From positions 1 through 18,544 of the forward strand of contig JAWCPB010000023.1 of the NCBI GenBank assembly GCA_038870455.1: a stretch of 18,544 nt of DNA, written 5' to 3'. Under the pieces are notes generated by a model that worked only from the letters and a program-made list of their open reading frames with translations, had not been told where the DNA came from and did not search any database. This document shows, piece after piece, positions 9,601 through 16,006 of this stretch. Origin of the DNA: Candidatus Micrarchaeia archaeon. Lineage in GTDB: Archaea > Micrarchaeota > Micrarchaeia > Burarchaeales > JACRGF01. The translations under genes were made by a program, and so were the position numbers. Numbering within the stretch: the stretch's first letter is position 1; every line of letters starts with the position of its first letter.

Positions 9601-10062
9601 CGCCTGGGCGATGTTCTTGGCTACGCGCCTGAACATCTCGTCGGGAGTCTCGATGACGTTTCCCTCGCTGTCCCTCCTGAGGTACCTTTCCTTAAGCACC
9701 TTGAGCGCGTTGATGCTGAGCTTTGTTGTGACGGGCCGGCCGAAAACTAGCTCGCGCAGCTCCCGCAGCTCCTTGTGCTTCTGCCTGTAGAGTATGTACG
9801 CCTTGGCCGTCCTCGCGTGCCCGTTCTCGATGAGCACCTTCTCGACAATGTCCTGAATGTCCTCCACGCCGGGGGTCTCGCGGCCGTCGTATTTTTTTTC
9901 AAGCTCTTCAACCACTTGGTCGCTTAGCTTCTGCGCGAGCTCCCTGTCCTTCCCGCCGACTGCCTGGGCGGCCTTGAAGATTGCGTTGGTTATTTTCTCC
10001 TGGTCAAATGGCACAATGCGCCCGTCACGCTTGCGGATGAACTTCAGCGTTCTCTCTGTCAA
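6649..10062 (-). CDS. nrdJ: Class II (adenosylcobalamin-dependent) ribonucleotide reductase with N-terminal ATP-cone, one intein and a C-terminal Cys-rich ribbon
   Basis: ATP-cone (IRKRDGRIVPFDQEKITNAI...AKAYILYR), PNSPTLMNAG, LSACF, GGGTG, spliced NP/CGEQPL, SCNLGSINL, TTIAPTGTIS, SKTIN, KGITIYRD, and C-terminal CPVCG...EGCATCVQCG...C. Likely start TTG 10062 after GGTGG (ORF track gives 10074). No class I small subunit in the window. Confidence 0.92.
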   Translation of the reverse strand: MTERTLKFIRKRDGRIVPFDQEKITNAIFKAAQAVGGKDRELAQKLSDQVVEELEKKYDGRETPGVEDIQDIVEKVLIENGHARTAKAYILYRQKHKELRELRELVFGRPVTTKLSINALKVLKERYLRRDSEGNVIETPDEMFRRVAKNIAQADRLSDENADLAAAEEEFYQAMANLEFLPNSPTLMNAGNEIQQLSACFVIPVGDSIEEIFDSIKHTAMIHKSGGGTGFSFSRLRPKNDVVMSTRGVSSGPVSFMKVFDSATEAIKQGGKRRGANMAILRVDHPDILEFITAKQNEGVLTNFNISVAATEKFMQAVLANQDYELINPRNGQPVKRLNAREVFSLIVTMAWRTGDPGMIFLDRINEDNPTPSVGQIEATNPCVSGNALVSTDRGLVRMEELADTEEVSVAVDARTQPASVGLQTQLQHGVRLLRMQKAWKTGKKSVVRLTTHAGFELTATPDHRVLTPEGWRRIEELVPGKSRVFIQSGAGFFNSDARLPVMTNSEIRGANGRLYHPNFPREWSAELGQVLGWLVGDGWLREGKNARVGFTFSEADLPVLALLKPVIDGYYGRPVKAVKRANGVIHLSYHSKFFVDFFNSLGVKLGDADEKEVPASLFKATRDAVVGFLQALFTADGTINIVPEKSAYIRLTSKSRRLLQGVQLLLLNLGIFSRIYDRSRSPHACFAYTTKRGEKRNYVSDGVCFELEISKDAVPLFLERVGFMRGIHSEKVKQLGSKDYYSTRFEDTVAFIEPQGSKEVFDLSEPITRSFIANGIVVHNCGEQPLLPYESCNLGSINLAKCVKETNGRKEIDWEKLRRLVRTAVHFLDNVIDMNRYPLSQIEDMTKANRKIGLGIMGFADLLVQLWLPYDSEEAEGLAEKIMAFIEKEAVAYDRELAAIRGPFPNFKDSIYAKKGEPPRRNATVTTIAPTGTISMIADCSSGIEPLFAISYIKRVMDGKDLLYVNEYFEKIAKEKGFYSDELMRKIAAKGSIQHIEGIPDDVKRVFVTAHDISPEWHVRIQAAFQRYTENAVSKTINFAADATVKDVEDAYLLAYKLRCKGITIYRDRSKAEQVLHIPAALPTRKVVVTEGGLKAGVTEEAGTREEDVCPVCGAKLYFSEGCATCVQCGTSMCKA
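7720..8916 (-). mobile_element. Intein (399 aa) with LAGLIDADG homing endonuclease inside nrdJ
   Basis: Begins CVSGNALV after EATNP; block B LTATPDHRVL; endonuclease motifs VLGWLVGDGW and FLQALFTADGT; ends VFDLSEP...FIANGIVVHN followed by extein Cys (CGEQP). Removal restores the RNR motif NPCGEQ. Confidence 0.96.
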
Positions 10063-10063
10063 T

Positions 10064-10110
10064 CCACCACCCAAAAGAACAGGTGGTATGAGGTGAATGA
10101 ATTTTTAAAG
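10064..10110 (-). promoter_or_regulatory. nrdJ promoter/leader: TATA-like TTTAAAAA (10109-10102), inverted repeat ACCACC-N10-GGTGGT, SD GGTGG
   Basis: Read directly from the intergenic sequence; inverted-repeat arms at 10066-10071 and 10082-10087. Confidence 0.55.
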
Positions 10111-10127
10111 ATTTGTAGCAACGTCTG

Positions 10128-10133
10128 AAAAAA
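10128..10133 (-). terminator. Possible oligo-T terminator after acylphosphatase
   Basis: T6 on the minus strand immediately after the TGA stop. Confidence 0.35.
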
Positions 10134-10406
10134 TCAGTAAGTTGTGCGGAAATCAGTGAATTCTCCCCGGAAGGCCTGCCACTCGAAATCCACTTTTGTC
10201 ACGCGCGCGCCGGGAGGGCCTTTCCTGCACCAGGCGAGGAGCTTTTCGAGCATGGTCTTCTCTCCCTCGGCAATTACTTCCACGCCCCCATCATGCGTGT
10301 TTCTGACCCAGCCGGTTAGGCAAAGCCCTCTTGCAAAATCCTCCGTGCTCGCGCGGAAGAAAACGCCCTGCACAAGGCCGTGAATGTGCAGGTGCAGGCG
10401 CGCCAT
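10134..10406 (-). CDS. acyP: Acylphosphatase (90 aa)
   Basis: IHGLVQGVFFR, LTGWVRNTHDGGVEVIAEG, GPPGARV; ATG at 10406 after GGGGTGAGG (ORF track extends to 10499). Confidence 0.95.
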   Translation of the reverse strand: MARLHLHIHGLVQGVFFRASTEDFARGLCLTGWVRNTHDGGVEVIAEGEKTMLEKLLAWCRKGPPGARVTKVDFEWQAFRGEFTDFRTTY

Positions 10407-10416
10407 CGCCAGAGCC

Positions 10417-10641
10417 TCACCCCCCGAAGAGCCCTTTGAGAACGCGCGAAAAAGTCTTTGCAACTCCCCTGAGCGCAGGCGCGCCTCTGAGCTTGCCAAA
10501 CAGACTGATGAGCTCTTCCCGCATTTTTGCCCGCCATTCGCCCCACAAAAGCGTGATCCCCCTCAGGGGCTGTTGTCTGATTATCTCCTCCCTTCTTTCT
10601 GCTCTTGGTCTTTCTGCCTCTTGCGCTTCTTGCATGCGCAT
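10417..10641 (-). CDS. Small hypothetical protein (~74 aa)
   Basis: ATG ~16-23 nt downstream of TTTTTATA on the minus strand; its stop overlaps the acyP SD; fills an otherwise empty gap. No recognisable family. Confidence 0.45.
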   Translation of the reverse strand: MRMQEAQEAERPRAERREEIIRQQPLRGITLLWGEWRAKMREELISLFGKLRGAPALRGVAKTFSRVLKGLFGG

Positions 10642-10647
10642 ATTTTT

Positions 10648-10665
10648 GAAAAAGAATATAAAAAG
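10648..10665. promoter_or_regulatory. Divergent promoter (purine-rich BRE-like run plus TATAAAAA) for ridA and the small ORF
   Basis: GAAAAAGAATATAAAAAG; TATAAAAA at 10657-10664 starts 27 nt before the ridA ATG (leaderless spacing). Confidence 0.55.
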
Positions 10666-10683
10666 AGATAGCGAAGTGACTGC

Positions 10684-11064
10684 ATGGTCAAAAAGATCGT
10701 CTCGACTGAAAAGGCCCCAAAGGCAATCGGACCTTACGCGCAGGCTGTGGTGAGCGGCCGCCTAGTGTTCTGCTCGGGACAGATCGCGCTCGAGCCGGCA
10801 AGCGGGAAGATGGTTGAGGGAGACGTGGGGGCGCAGACGCGCAGGGTGCTCGAGAACCTGCGAGCCGTGCTCGAGGCCGCAGGAAGCTCGCTCGCCAAAG
10901 TGGTGAAGACGACAGTGTATCTCAAGGACATGAACGATTTTCCAGCGATGAACGAGGTCTATGCGGAGTTCTTCGGGCAAAACCCGCCCGCGAGAGCAAC
11001 CGTCCAGGCCGCGAGGCTTCCGCGAGACGCGCTTGTTGAAATAGAGGCAATTGCGGAGCTATAG
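10684..11064 (+). CDS. ridA: RidA/YjgF/UK114 family reactive imine deaminase
   Basis: [41 protein letters not shown] (catalytic Arg), [13 protein letters not shown]; 126 aa. Confidence 0.95.
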   Translation: MVKKIVSTEKAPKAIGPYAQAVVSGRLVFCSGQIALEPASGKMVEGDVGAQTRRVLENLRAVLEAAGSSLAKVVKTTVYLKDMNDFPAMNEVYAEFFGQNPPARATVQAARLPRDALVEIEAIAEL

Positions 11065-12144
11065 GAAGGCGCGCAGCCTCTGCAGGGCTCGCAGTTTTTC
11101 GCCTTCGCCTATTTTCGCGCTTTCGACTGCCTGCTTCAGCACGCTGATTGAATGGTCGTAGTCCCCTCTCTGCACGGGAAAGGGAATGCCGTCCTTGCCC
11201 CCGTGCGCGAAAGAATACTTGGCTGGGTCGCTCCAGTCCAGCGGTGTTCCGAAGAGCAGCTGGGAGAGCAGAGCCAGCGCGCGCAGCTTGGTGCGCCCAA
11301 TGCCGCGCAGGGCGACGAGCTCCTCGTAGTTCTTGGGCTGGAGCTCGAAAGCGCGCTGCAGCTCCGCCCATCCTCTCGGAGAAATGTCGATGGAAAGAAG
11401 CTCGTGGTGAGAGGGAAGGGAAAAGTCGTGCGCGAGGGTCCTCTGGCCGGAAAAGTGTTTTTGAATGTGTAGGGGGTTGTCGTTGATGAGGTCAACGCTC
11501 GCATTTCTCGCGGCATCATTTTTGCCGGAAGTTAGGTCAAGCACGCTCTCCTCGGCGGCCTGCGCCGCAATGCCCGCATGAGGCTCTTCGACAAAACAAC
11601 CGACCGTTTCGCCGAGCCAGTGGTAGCGCCTCGCCGTGCCCGTATCGGGCTTCATGCCCTGCTGCACGACGCACCACTCGCCCCTCTCGGTGAAGAAAAT
11701 GCAGTGGTGGTACAGCTCGTGGGAGTCCTGAACGCACGCCGAATCGACTTTCGCTGACAGGAAGGAGGCTCGCGTGAGGGAGGAGATTTTTTGGTCTGAG
11801 AGGGAGAGCCTCTCGCCGAGCGCGCTTATCTCAGCGGGCGCTTTGCGCGAGGCGGCTCCTTTTCCGCCGGCAACCCCGATGCCGTGCTCCTCGGGGGAAA
11901 AGGCGAGCTTGAGCGCGGCGCACGTTGTTGTGGTGAGCCCGCTGGAGTGCCAGTCGAAAGCAAGCGCGCAGCCGAGCGCCTGGAACCACACGGGATCGCT
12001 GAGCCTGCGCAGCAGCTCGCGCGGGCCGTATTCGAGGATGATCGCATCGGCTATTGCTTTTGACAACCTCACCATGCGCTGGAAGAGCCAGCGCGGAGCC
12101 CTGCCAGGGTGAAGGGGCAGGGTAACGCTGCCCGTCTTCTGCAT
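11059..12144 (-). CDS. DUF763 family protein (function unknown)
   Basis: Motifs [85 protein letters not shown], recognised from memory of the family. ATG 12144 fits leaderless spacing from the TATA-like box. Confidence 0.88.
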   Translation of the reverse strand: MQKTGSVTLPLHPGRAPRWLFQRMVRLSKAIADAIILEYGPRELLRRLSDPVWFQALGCALAFDWHSSGLTTTTCAALKLAFSPEEHGIGVAGGKGAASRKAPAEISALGERLSLSDQKISSLTRASFLSAKVDSACVQDSHELYHHCIFFTERGEWCVVQQGMKPDTGTARRYHWLGETVGCFVEEPHAGIAAQAAEESVLDLTSGKNDAARNASVDLINDNPLHIQKHFSGQRTLAHDFSLPSHHELLSIDISPRGWAELQRAFELQPKNYEELVALRGIGRTKLRALALLSQLLFGTPLDWSDPAKYSFAHGGKDGIPFPVQRGDYDHSISVLKQAVESAKIGEGEKLRALQRLRAFL

Positions 12145-12164
12145 GAGCAAAAAACTGCATGCGG

Positions 12165-12199
12165 ATATTAAAACGAGCGGCAGGCGGAATTCCGGTGAA
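12165..12199 (-). promoter_or_regulatory. DUF763 promoter with upstream element shared with radA (copy 1)
   Basis: Plus-strand ATATTAAAACGAGCGGCAGGCGGAATTCCGGTGAA aligns without gaps to 15276-15310 at 28/35. Confidence 0.7.
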
Positions 12200-12228
12200 A
12201 TATTAAAGTATGCCTGTGTTTTTCTTGC

Positions 12229-13032
12229 GTGAGGCTCTGGCAGAAGCTCAGGCTCCCGCCTCCGAAAAGCGAGGCGAGCGGAGGGAGGCTCTCGCTGAAG
12301 GAAAACGAGGTGTATTCAGGCATCATCGTGCCGCGCCTTCCCTGCTTTGTGAGGCTGGACGGCTGGAAGTTCCACGGGCTCAGCGCCGCGCTTGGGTTTG
12401 AGAGGCCATTCGACAAGTTTTTTGCCGAGAGCATGGTGTTTGTCGCGAGAAGGCTCATAGAAAAATTCGATGCCGCGCTCGCATACATCTTCTCAGACGA
12501 GATAAACCTGCTTTTTCTCAAGAGGCCCGGCTTCGAGAGAGTCGAGAAAATCGATTCTGTGTTCGCCGGGCTCGCCAGCTCTCTCCTGTACGCAAGGCTG
12601 GCGGAAGAGAAGGAGCACGTGTCCGAGCTTGCTTTTGACTGCAGGGTGATTCCGGTTGAGAAAAAAGAGGTCAAAAAATACCTGGTTTGGAGGCAGGCCG
12701 AGGCGTGGAGAAACTGCTGCAATGCGGTTGCCTACTGGGCGTTGAGGAATGAGGGGCTGGGCGCGGCTGAAGCGGCCAAGAAGCTTGAGGGGCTTGGGGT
12801 GCGGAGACTGCGCGCGCTTGCGAGGAAAAAAGGCGCTGGAAAAAGCGAGGCATGGCACGAGCGAGGCATTCTCCTCCACTGGGAGGCTTACAGAAAAAAG
12901 GGGTTCGATCCGGTGAGAAGGAAAGCCGTTGTGGTGGAGAGGAGGAGAGTGAGGGAAGAGTGGAAGCCCCCCTTGTTCGCTGGCAGGCGAGGCAAAGCAT
13001 TTATTGAACGCGTGCTAAAGAAAACCGCATGA
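12229..13032 (+). CDS. thg1: tRNA(His) guanylyltransferase Thg1-like protein (3'-5' nucleotidyltransferase)
   Basis: VRLDGWKFH, FERPFD..F...M, YIFSDEINL, RVEKIDS, FDCRVI, YLVWRQAEAWRNC.N, W.ERG. TATA-like TATTAAAG at 12201-12208 supports a leaderless GTG at 12229. Confidence 0.93.
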   Translation: MRLWQKLRLPPPKSEASGGRLSLKENEVYSGIIVPRLPCFVRLDGWKFHGLSAALGFERPFDKFFAESMVFVARRLIEKFDAALAYIFSDEINLLFLKRPGFERVEKIDSVFAGLASSLLYARLAEEKEHVSELAFDCRVIPVEKKEVKKYLVWRQAEAWRNCCNAVAYWALRNEGLGAAEAAKKLEGLGVRRLRALARKKGAGKSEAWHERGILLHWEAYRKKGFDPVRRKAVVVERRRVREEWKPPLFAGRRGKAFIERVLKKTA

Positions 13033-13703
13033 TAAAAGCGCTTATTTTCGATCTCGATGGCGTCATCGCGGACACAGAGCCGCTGCACTATGCCTCTTTT
13101 CACGAGGTGCTGCGGCGCTGGGGAATACGCATTTCATGGCGGGAGTGGTCAACGCGCTACATCGGAACCGGCAGCAGCCACATACTCACAGACATATTCA
13201 GAAGGCATGGCATCAGCGAGGATGTGACCAAATGGGTGAAGCGGAGAAGCGAGATCTACGCGCGCATGCTCAGGGAAAAGAGGGTGAGGCCGATCAGGGG
13301 GTTCATGCGGTTTTACGCGCGGGCGAGAAGGGCGGGCCTGCCGTGCGCGGTGGTGAGCGGCGGGCACAGGGCGCACGTCAGGACGACGCTCCGCAAGCTT
13401 GGCATAGAGGAGGCGTTCGCCATCGTCTCGATAGAGGATGTGAAAAATCGAAAACCGCATCCCGAGGGATTTTTGGTTGCTGCGGAGAGGCTTAGGGTGA
13501 AGCCGAGCGCGTGCATCGCGTTCGAAGACAGTGTCGCGGGCGTGGAGGCTGCCGAGCGCGCGGGGATGACGACCATCGCGCTCACGACAAGCACCACGCG
13601 GAAGAACCTGAGGAAAGCGGATTTGGTTGTGGGGGACTACACGGACCCGCGGCTCAGGAAATTCTTGGAAAAACTTTCTAGTGCTTCCTTCCTTTCCGGC
13701 TGA
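13029..13703 (+). CDS. HAD-superfamily phosphatase (beta-phosphoglucomutase/CbbY-like)
   Basis: IFDLDGVIADTE, AVVSGG, KPHPE, FEDS..GVEAA..AGM; ATGA overlap with the thg1 stop. Confidence 0.93.
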   Translation: MIKALIFDLDGVIADTEPLHYASFHEVLRRWGIRISWREWSTRYIGTGSSHILTDIFRRHGISEDVTKWVKRRSEIYARMLREKRVRPIRGFMRFYARARRAGLPCAVVSGGHRAHVRTTLRKLGIEEAFAIVSIEDVKNRKPHPEGFLVAAERLRVKPSACIAFEDSVAGVEAAERAGMTTIALTTSTTRKNLRKADLVVGDYTDPRLRKFLEKLSSASFLSG

Positions 13704-14139
13704 AAAAGAGCTTGAGCACCCCGTACGCTCCCCTCGCGGCGAACGCGGCAGGCCTAAGGAGCACAGCTGTCCTCGTGGCCCTCAGCGTGCGCAGAAGCGA
13801 AGCAACAAAGAACTCGCCCTGTTGCTCATAGGAAACGGCGAGCAGGCCGACAAGCGGCGAGATGATGACTATCAGATCGAAGACGGTCCGTGGCTTGTCC
13901 TCGGCCAGAAAGCGCGCCTTGTTCCTCGCGATGGCCAGCAGGACGGCGAATTCAAGGAGAAAGGCAAACCATATCGCCCATTCAATCAGCGAGAGGAAAA
14001 AGAATTGCTCGGTCGAAAGCGGGAGGACGAGCTGAGCTAGGAGTATTGGAATGACGAGAAGCGCGAGCAGGACCATTGCATGCTCGTTGAAAACAGCCTT
14101 GACGGCTCTGTCGAGCTCCTCTTTTGCGCGCTTTGGCAT
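13678..14139 (-). CDS. Stand-alone voltage-sensor-like (S1-S4) membrane protein, no pore domain
   Basis: Four hydrophobic segments; S2 IEWAIWFAFLLEF, linker ARNKARFL, S3 FDLIVIISP, S4 LRTLRATRTAVLLR; ends at 153 aa with no GYG pore. TATA-like TTTTTTAATA at 14168-14159. Confidence 0.75.
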   Translation of the reverse strand: MPKRAKEELDRAVKAVFNEHAMVLLALLVIPILLAQLVLPLSTEQFFFLSLIEWAIWFAFLLEFAVLLAIARNKARFLAEDKPRTVFDLIVIISPLVGLLAVSYEQQGEFFVASLLRTLRATRTAVLLRPAAFAARGAYGVLKLFFSRKGRKH

Positions 14140-14182
14140 GCAAGAGTTTGGAGTGGGGTATTAAAAAATGTGAGGAATGCAG

Positions 14183-14213
14183 AAAAGAAAAAAAGCGAGG
14201 GGTGCGAGCCCTC
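14183..14213 (-). terminator. Putative radA terminator (short hairpin plus T-tract)
   Basis: Minus strand after the radA stop: GAGGG-CTCGCAC-CCCTC followed by GC and TTTTTTTCTTTT. Confidence 0.55.
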
Positions 14214-14225
14214 TCCCACAAGCGC

Positions 14226-15242
14226 TTAGTCCCTTATGCCTTCGGGCGTGACTTTGAACACGCACTCGCTCTCTGGCATGCTCGGGGAATCCACAAGCCT
14301 CGCGATGCGCCTCTCCTCCTTGCCCTTCCTGAGGTATATGCGGTAGGTCGCGTTGTGCGCCAGCACGTGGCCGCCGATGGGCTTGGTGGGGTCTCCGAAA
14401 AGCACTCCCGGGTCGTCCATGACCTGGTTCGTGACGTACACTGCGAGGTTGAAAGTGTCGGCAAGCCTCTGCAGCGCGTGAAGATGCTTGTTCAGCTTGC
14501 CCTGCCTCTCGCCGAGAGCCCCCCTGCCCATGTAGTCCGTCCTGAAGTGAGCCGTCAGCGAGTCGATGATGATCAGCTTGATGTTGTGCTGCTTGATCAT
14601 CTCCTCGGCCTTGTCGACGAGAATCATCTGGTGGTCTGAGTTGAATGCCTTGGCGACGAAAATGTTTTTGAGCGCGGCCTCGGCCTCTATGCCAGCCGCT
14701 CTTGCGATCTGCGCCACCCTCTCAGGCCTGAAAGTGCTTTCGGTGTCGATGTAGAGCACGTTTCCGCCCAGCCCGCCCTCCTCAGCCGGCTTTTGGGCAT
14801 TTACTGCAAGCTGGAAGCCCAGCTGCGTTTTCCCGCTTGAAAACTTTCCGTAAGCCTCTGTGATCGCCTGCGTCTCAATGCCACCGCCGAGCATGGCGTC
14901 GAGTTCCTTGCTGCCCGTGGCCACTCTGCCGATGCTCTTCCTCCGCTCGAGAATCCTGTCCGCGGTCTCGTAGCCCATCTCGAGCGCATCCCTCGCTGCT
15001 GCGATGGTTTTTTTCGCGGTCTCGACAGCGATGTCGGCAGCCTCCTCGAGCTCGTGAGGCGAGGAGGTGGCTATTTTTTCAAGAGAGTCGTAGCCTGCTT
15101 TCCTGAGCTTCTCGGCAGTCGCCTCGCCAACTCCCGGCAGGTCCTCGAGCGAAACAGGTTTTTTCTTTTCCTCTTTCATTTCAATCACTTCGCTCGCCAC
15201 TCCCTCGACAGGAACTTCTTCAGCCTTTTTTTCACGCGCCAT
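14226..15242 (-). CDS. radA: DNA repair and recombination protein RadA (338 aa)
   Basis: N-terminal Hh[16 protein letters not shown], Walker [21 protein letters not shown], Walker [41 protein letters not shown] 15242 after SD GAGGTG. No intein. Confidence 0.98.
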   Translation of the reverse strand: MAREKKAEEVPVEGVASEVIEMKEEKKKPVSLEDLPGVGEATAEKLRKAGYDSLEKIATSSPHELEEAADIAVETAKKTIAAARDALEMGYETADRILERRKSIGRVATGSKELDAMLGGGIETQAITEAYGKFSSGKTQLGFQLAVNAQKPAEEGGLGGNVLYIDTESTFRPERVAQIARAAGIEAEAALKNIFVAKAFNSDHQMILVDKAEEMIKQHNIKLIIIDSLTAHFRTDYMGRGALGERQGKLNKHLHALQRLADTFNLAVYVTNQVMDDPGVLFGDPTKPIGGHVLAHNATYRIYLRKGKEERRIARLVDSPSMPESECVFKVTPEGIRD

Positions 15243-15275
15243 GCAAAACACCTCAGCGGAAGGTTTGGCTCCGGC

Positions 15276-15310
15276 ATTTTTAAACGAGAGGGAGCTGGAG
15301 TTCCGGTGAA
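15276..15310 (-). promoter_or_regulatory. radA promoter with upstream element shared with the DUF763 gene (copy 2)
   Basis: Plus-strand ATTTTTAAACGAGAGGGAGCTGGAGTTCCGGTGAA; TATA-like TTTAAAAA on the minus strand at 15284-15277; 28/35 identical to 12165-12199. Confidence 0.7.
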
Positions 15311-15371
15311 TGCAGGCGTTTGGGCGAATGAGGTATATATTAGTATTGGGACACACATGAGGAGGGGGAGA

Positions 15372-15983
15372 ATGGACAACTCGCTTGCTCTCATCGCAGT
15401 CGCGGTGGTCCTCGCGGCCTGCTGCGGCCTGCCGGCCTTCCAGCCACAGGCGAACGCCTCACAGCCCGCGCCCGCCGCGCAGCCGAACTACACTCCGCCT
15501 GCCCCGCCCGCTTTTCCCCTGCAACCGCCTGCCCCGCCGGCCGCGCCCGCGGGCTGTCTTGTGGACGAAATCCGGTCACTGCTCAGCGAATTCAACGCCT
15601 CGCGCGCCGCCGCGTACGCCAACTGCTCCGTCATCACGAGAACGGACTCCTTCCCGTGTCATGACACGCCCTCCTGCCAGCAGGCTTGCTATGCCTCGTG
15701 GCTGTGCAGGCAGCAGGCTTGGAACCTCGACATCACTTTCATAGAAGCCATCCGCGACTGGAGGGGCAACGAAACAATGTTGGGCAGGGGAATGGAGGAG
15801 GCCGAGAGAGGGATTTCCTCCGGAAACAGGCAGGCCGCGCTGGAGGGCATTTCCGCGATGCGCGCCTCGGCAGCGGCCATTCAATCCAACCCGCTTTTCG
15901 GACGCTATGCGTTCTGTCCTCCGATGGACTTCGGCTGGAGCGCGCTTGAGGAAGCCGAGAGGAAAACGCGCGCGTGCGGGTGA
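15372..15983 (+). CDS. Secreted/lipoprotein-like Cys-rich protein with Pro-rich linker (203 aa)
   Basis: ATG 15372 after GGAGG; TATA-like TATATATT near 15334; signal [19 protein letters not shown]; Pro/Ala linker; 10 Cys; sequons NAS, NYT, NCS, NET. The ORF-track extension to 15054 overlaps radA and is unlikely. Confidence 0.75.
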   Translation: MDNSLALIAVAVVLAACCGLPAFQPQANASQPAPAAQPNYTPPAPPAFPLQPPAPPAAPAGCLVDEIRSLLSEFNASRAAAYANCSVITRTDSFPCHDTPSCQQACYASWLCRQQAWNLDITFIEAIRDWRGNETMLGRGMEEAERGISSGNRQAALEGISAMRASAAAIQSNPLFGRYAFCPPMDFGWSALEEAERKTRACG

Positions 15984-16006
15984 AGAGGCGGCGTCGCTGA
16001 GGGGCA

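Noticed and set aside
10101-10160. Third copy of the radA/DUF763 element, or an NrdR box, upstream of nrdJ
   Set aside because: Only the TATA-like ATTTTTAAA matches; there is no TTCCGGTGAA at the equivalent spacing and no convincing NrdR palindrome. The AAATCAGT direct repeat (10131, 10150) lies largely in the acyP coding end.
10417-10641. 74-aa ORF ending in GG as a second ubiquitin-like protein
   Set aside because: The sequence looks helical with no beta-grasp pattern, and the GG codons are explained by the overlapping acyP SD (GGGGGTGA).
12281-12297. Non-canonical CTG start for thg1 at 12295 after GGAGG
   Set aside because: Plausible from where family similarity seems to begin (KENEVY), but the GTG at 12229 fits leaderless spacing from the TATA-like box. 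It cannot be resolved from sequence alone.
15300-15311. LexA/SOS box or replication origin interpretation of GTTCCGGTGAAT
   Set aside because: The half-site order is opposite to the Gram-positive GAAC-N4-GTTC box. There are only single copies, with no ORB cluster, long AT-rich unwinding element or adjacent orc1/cdc6 gene.
15054-15371. N-terminal extensions of radA (to 15356) and of the lipoprotein-like ORF (from 15054)
   Set aside because: They overlap each other and the promoter region; SD-supported starts exist at 15242 and 15372.
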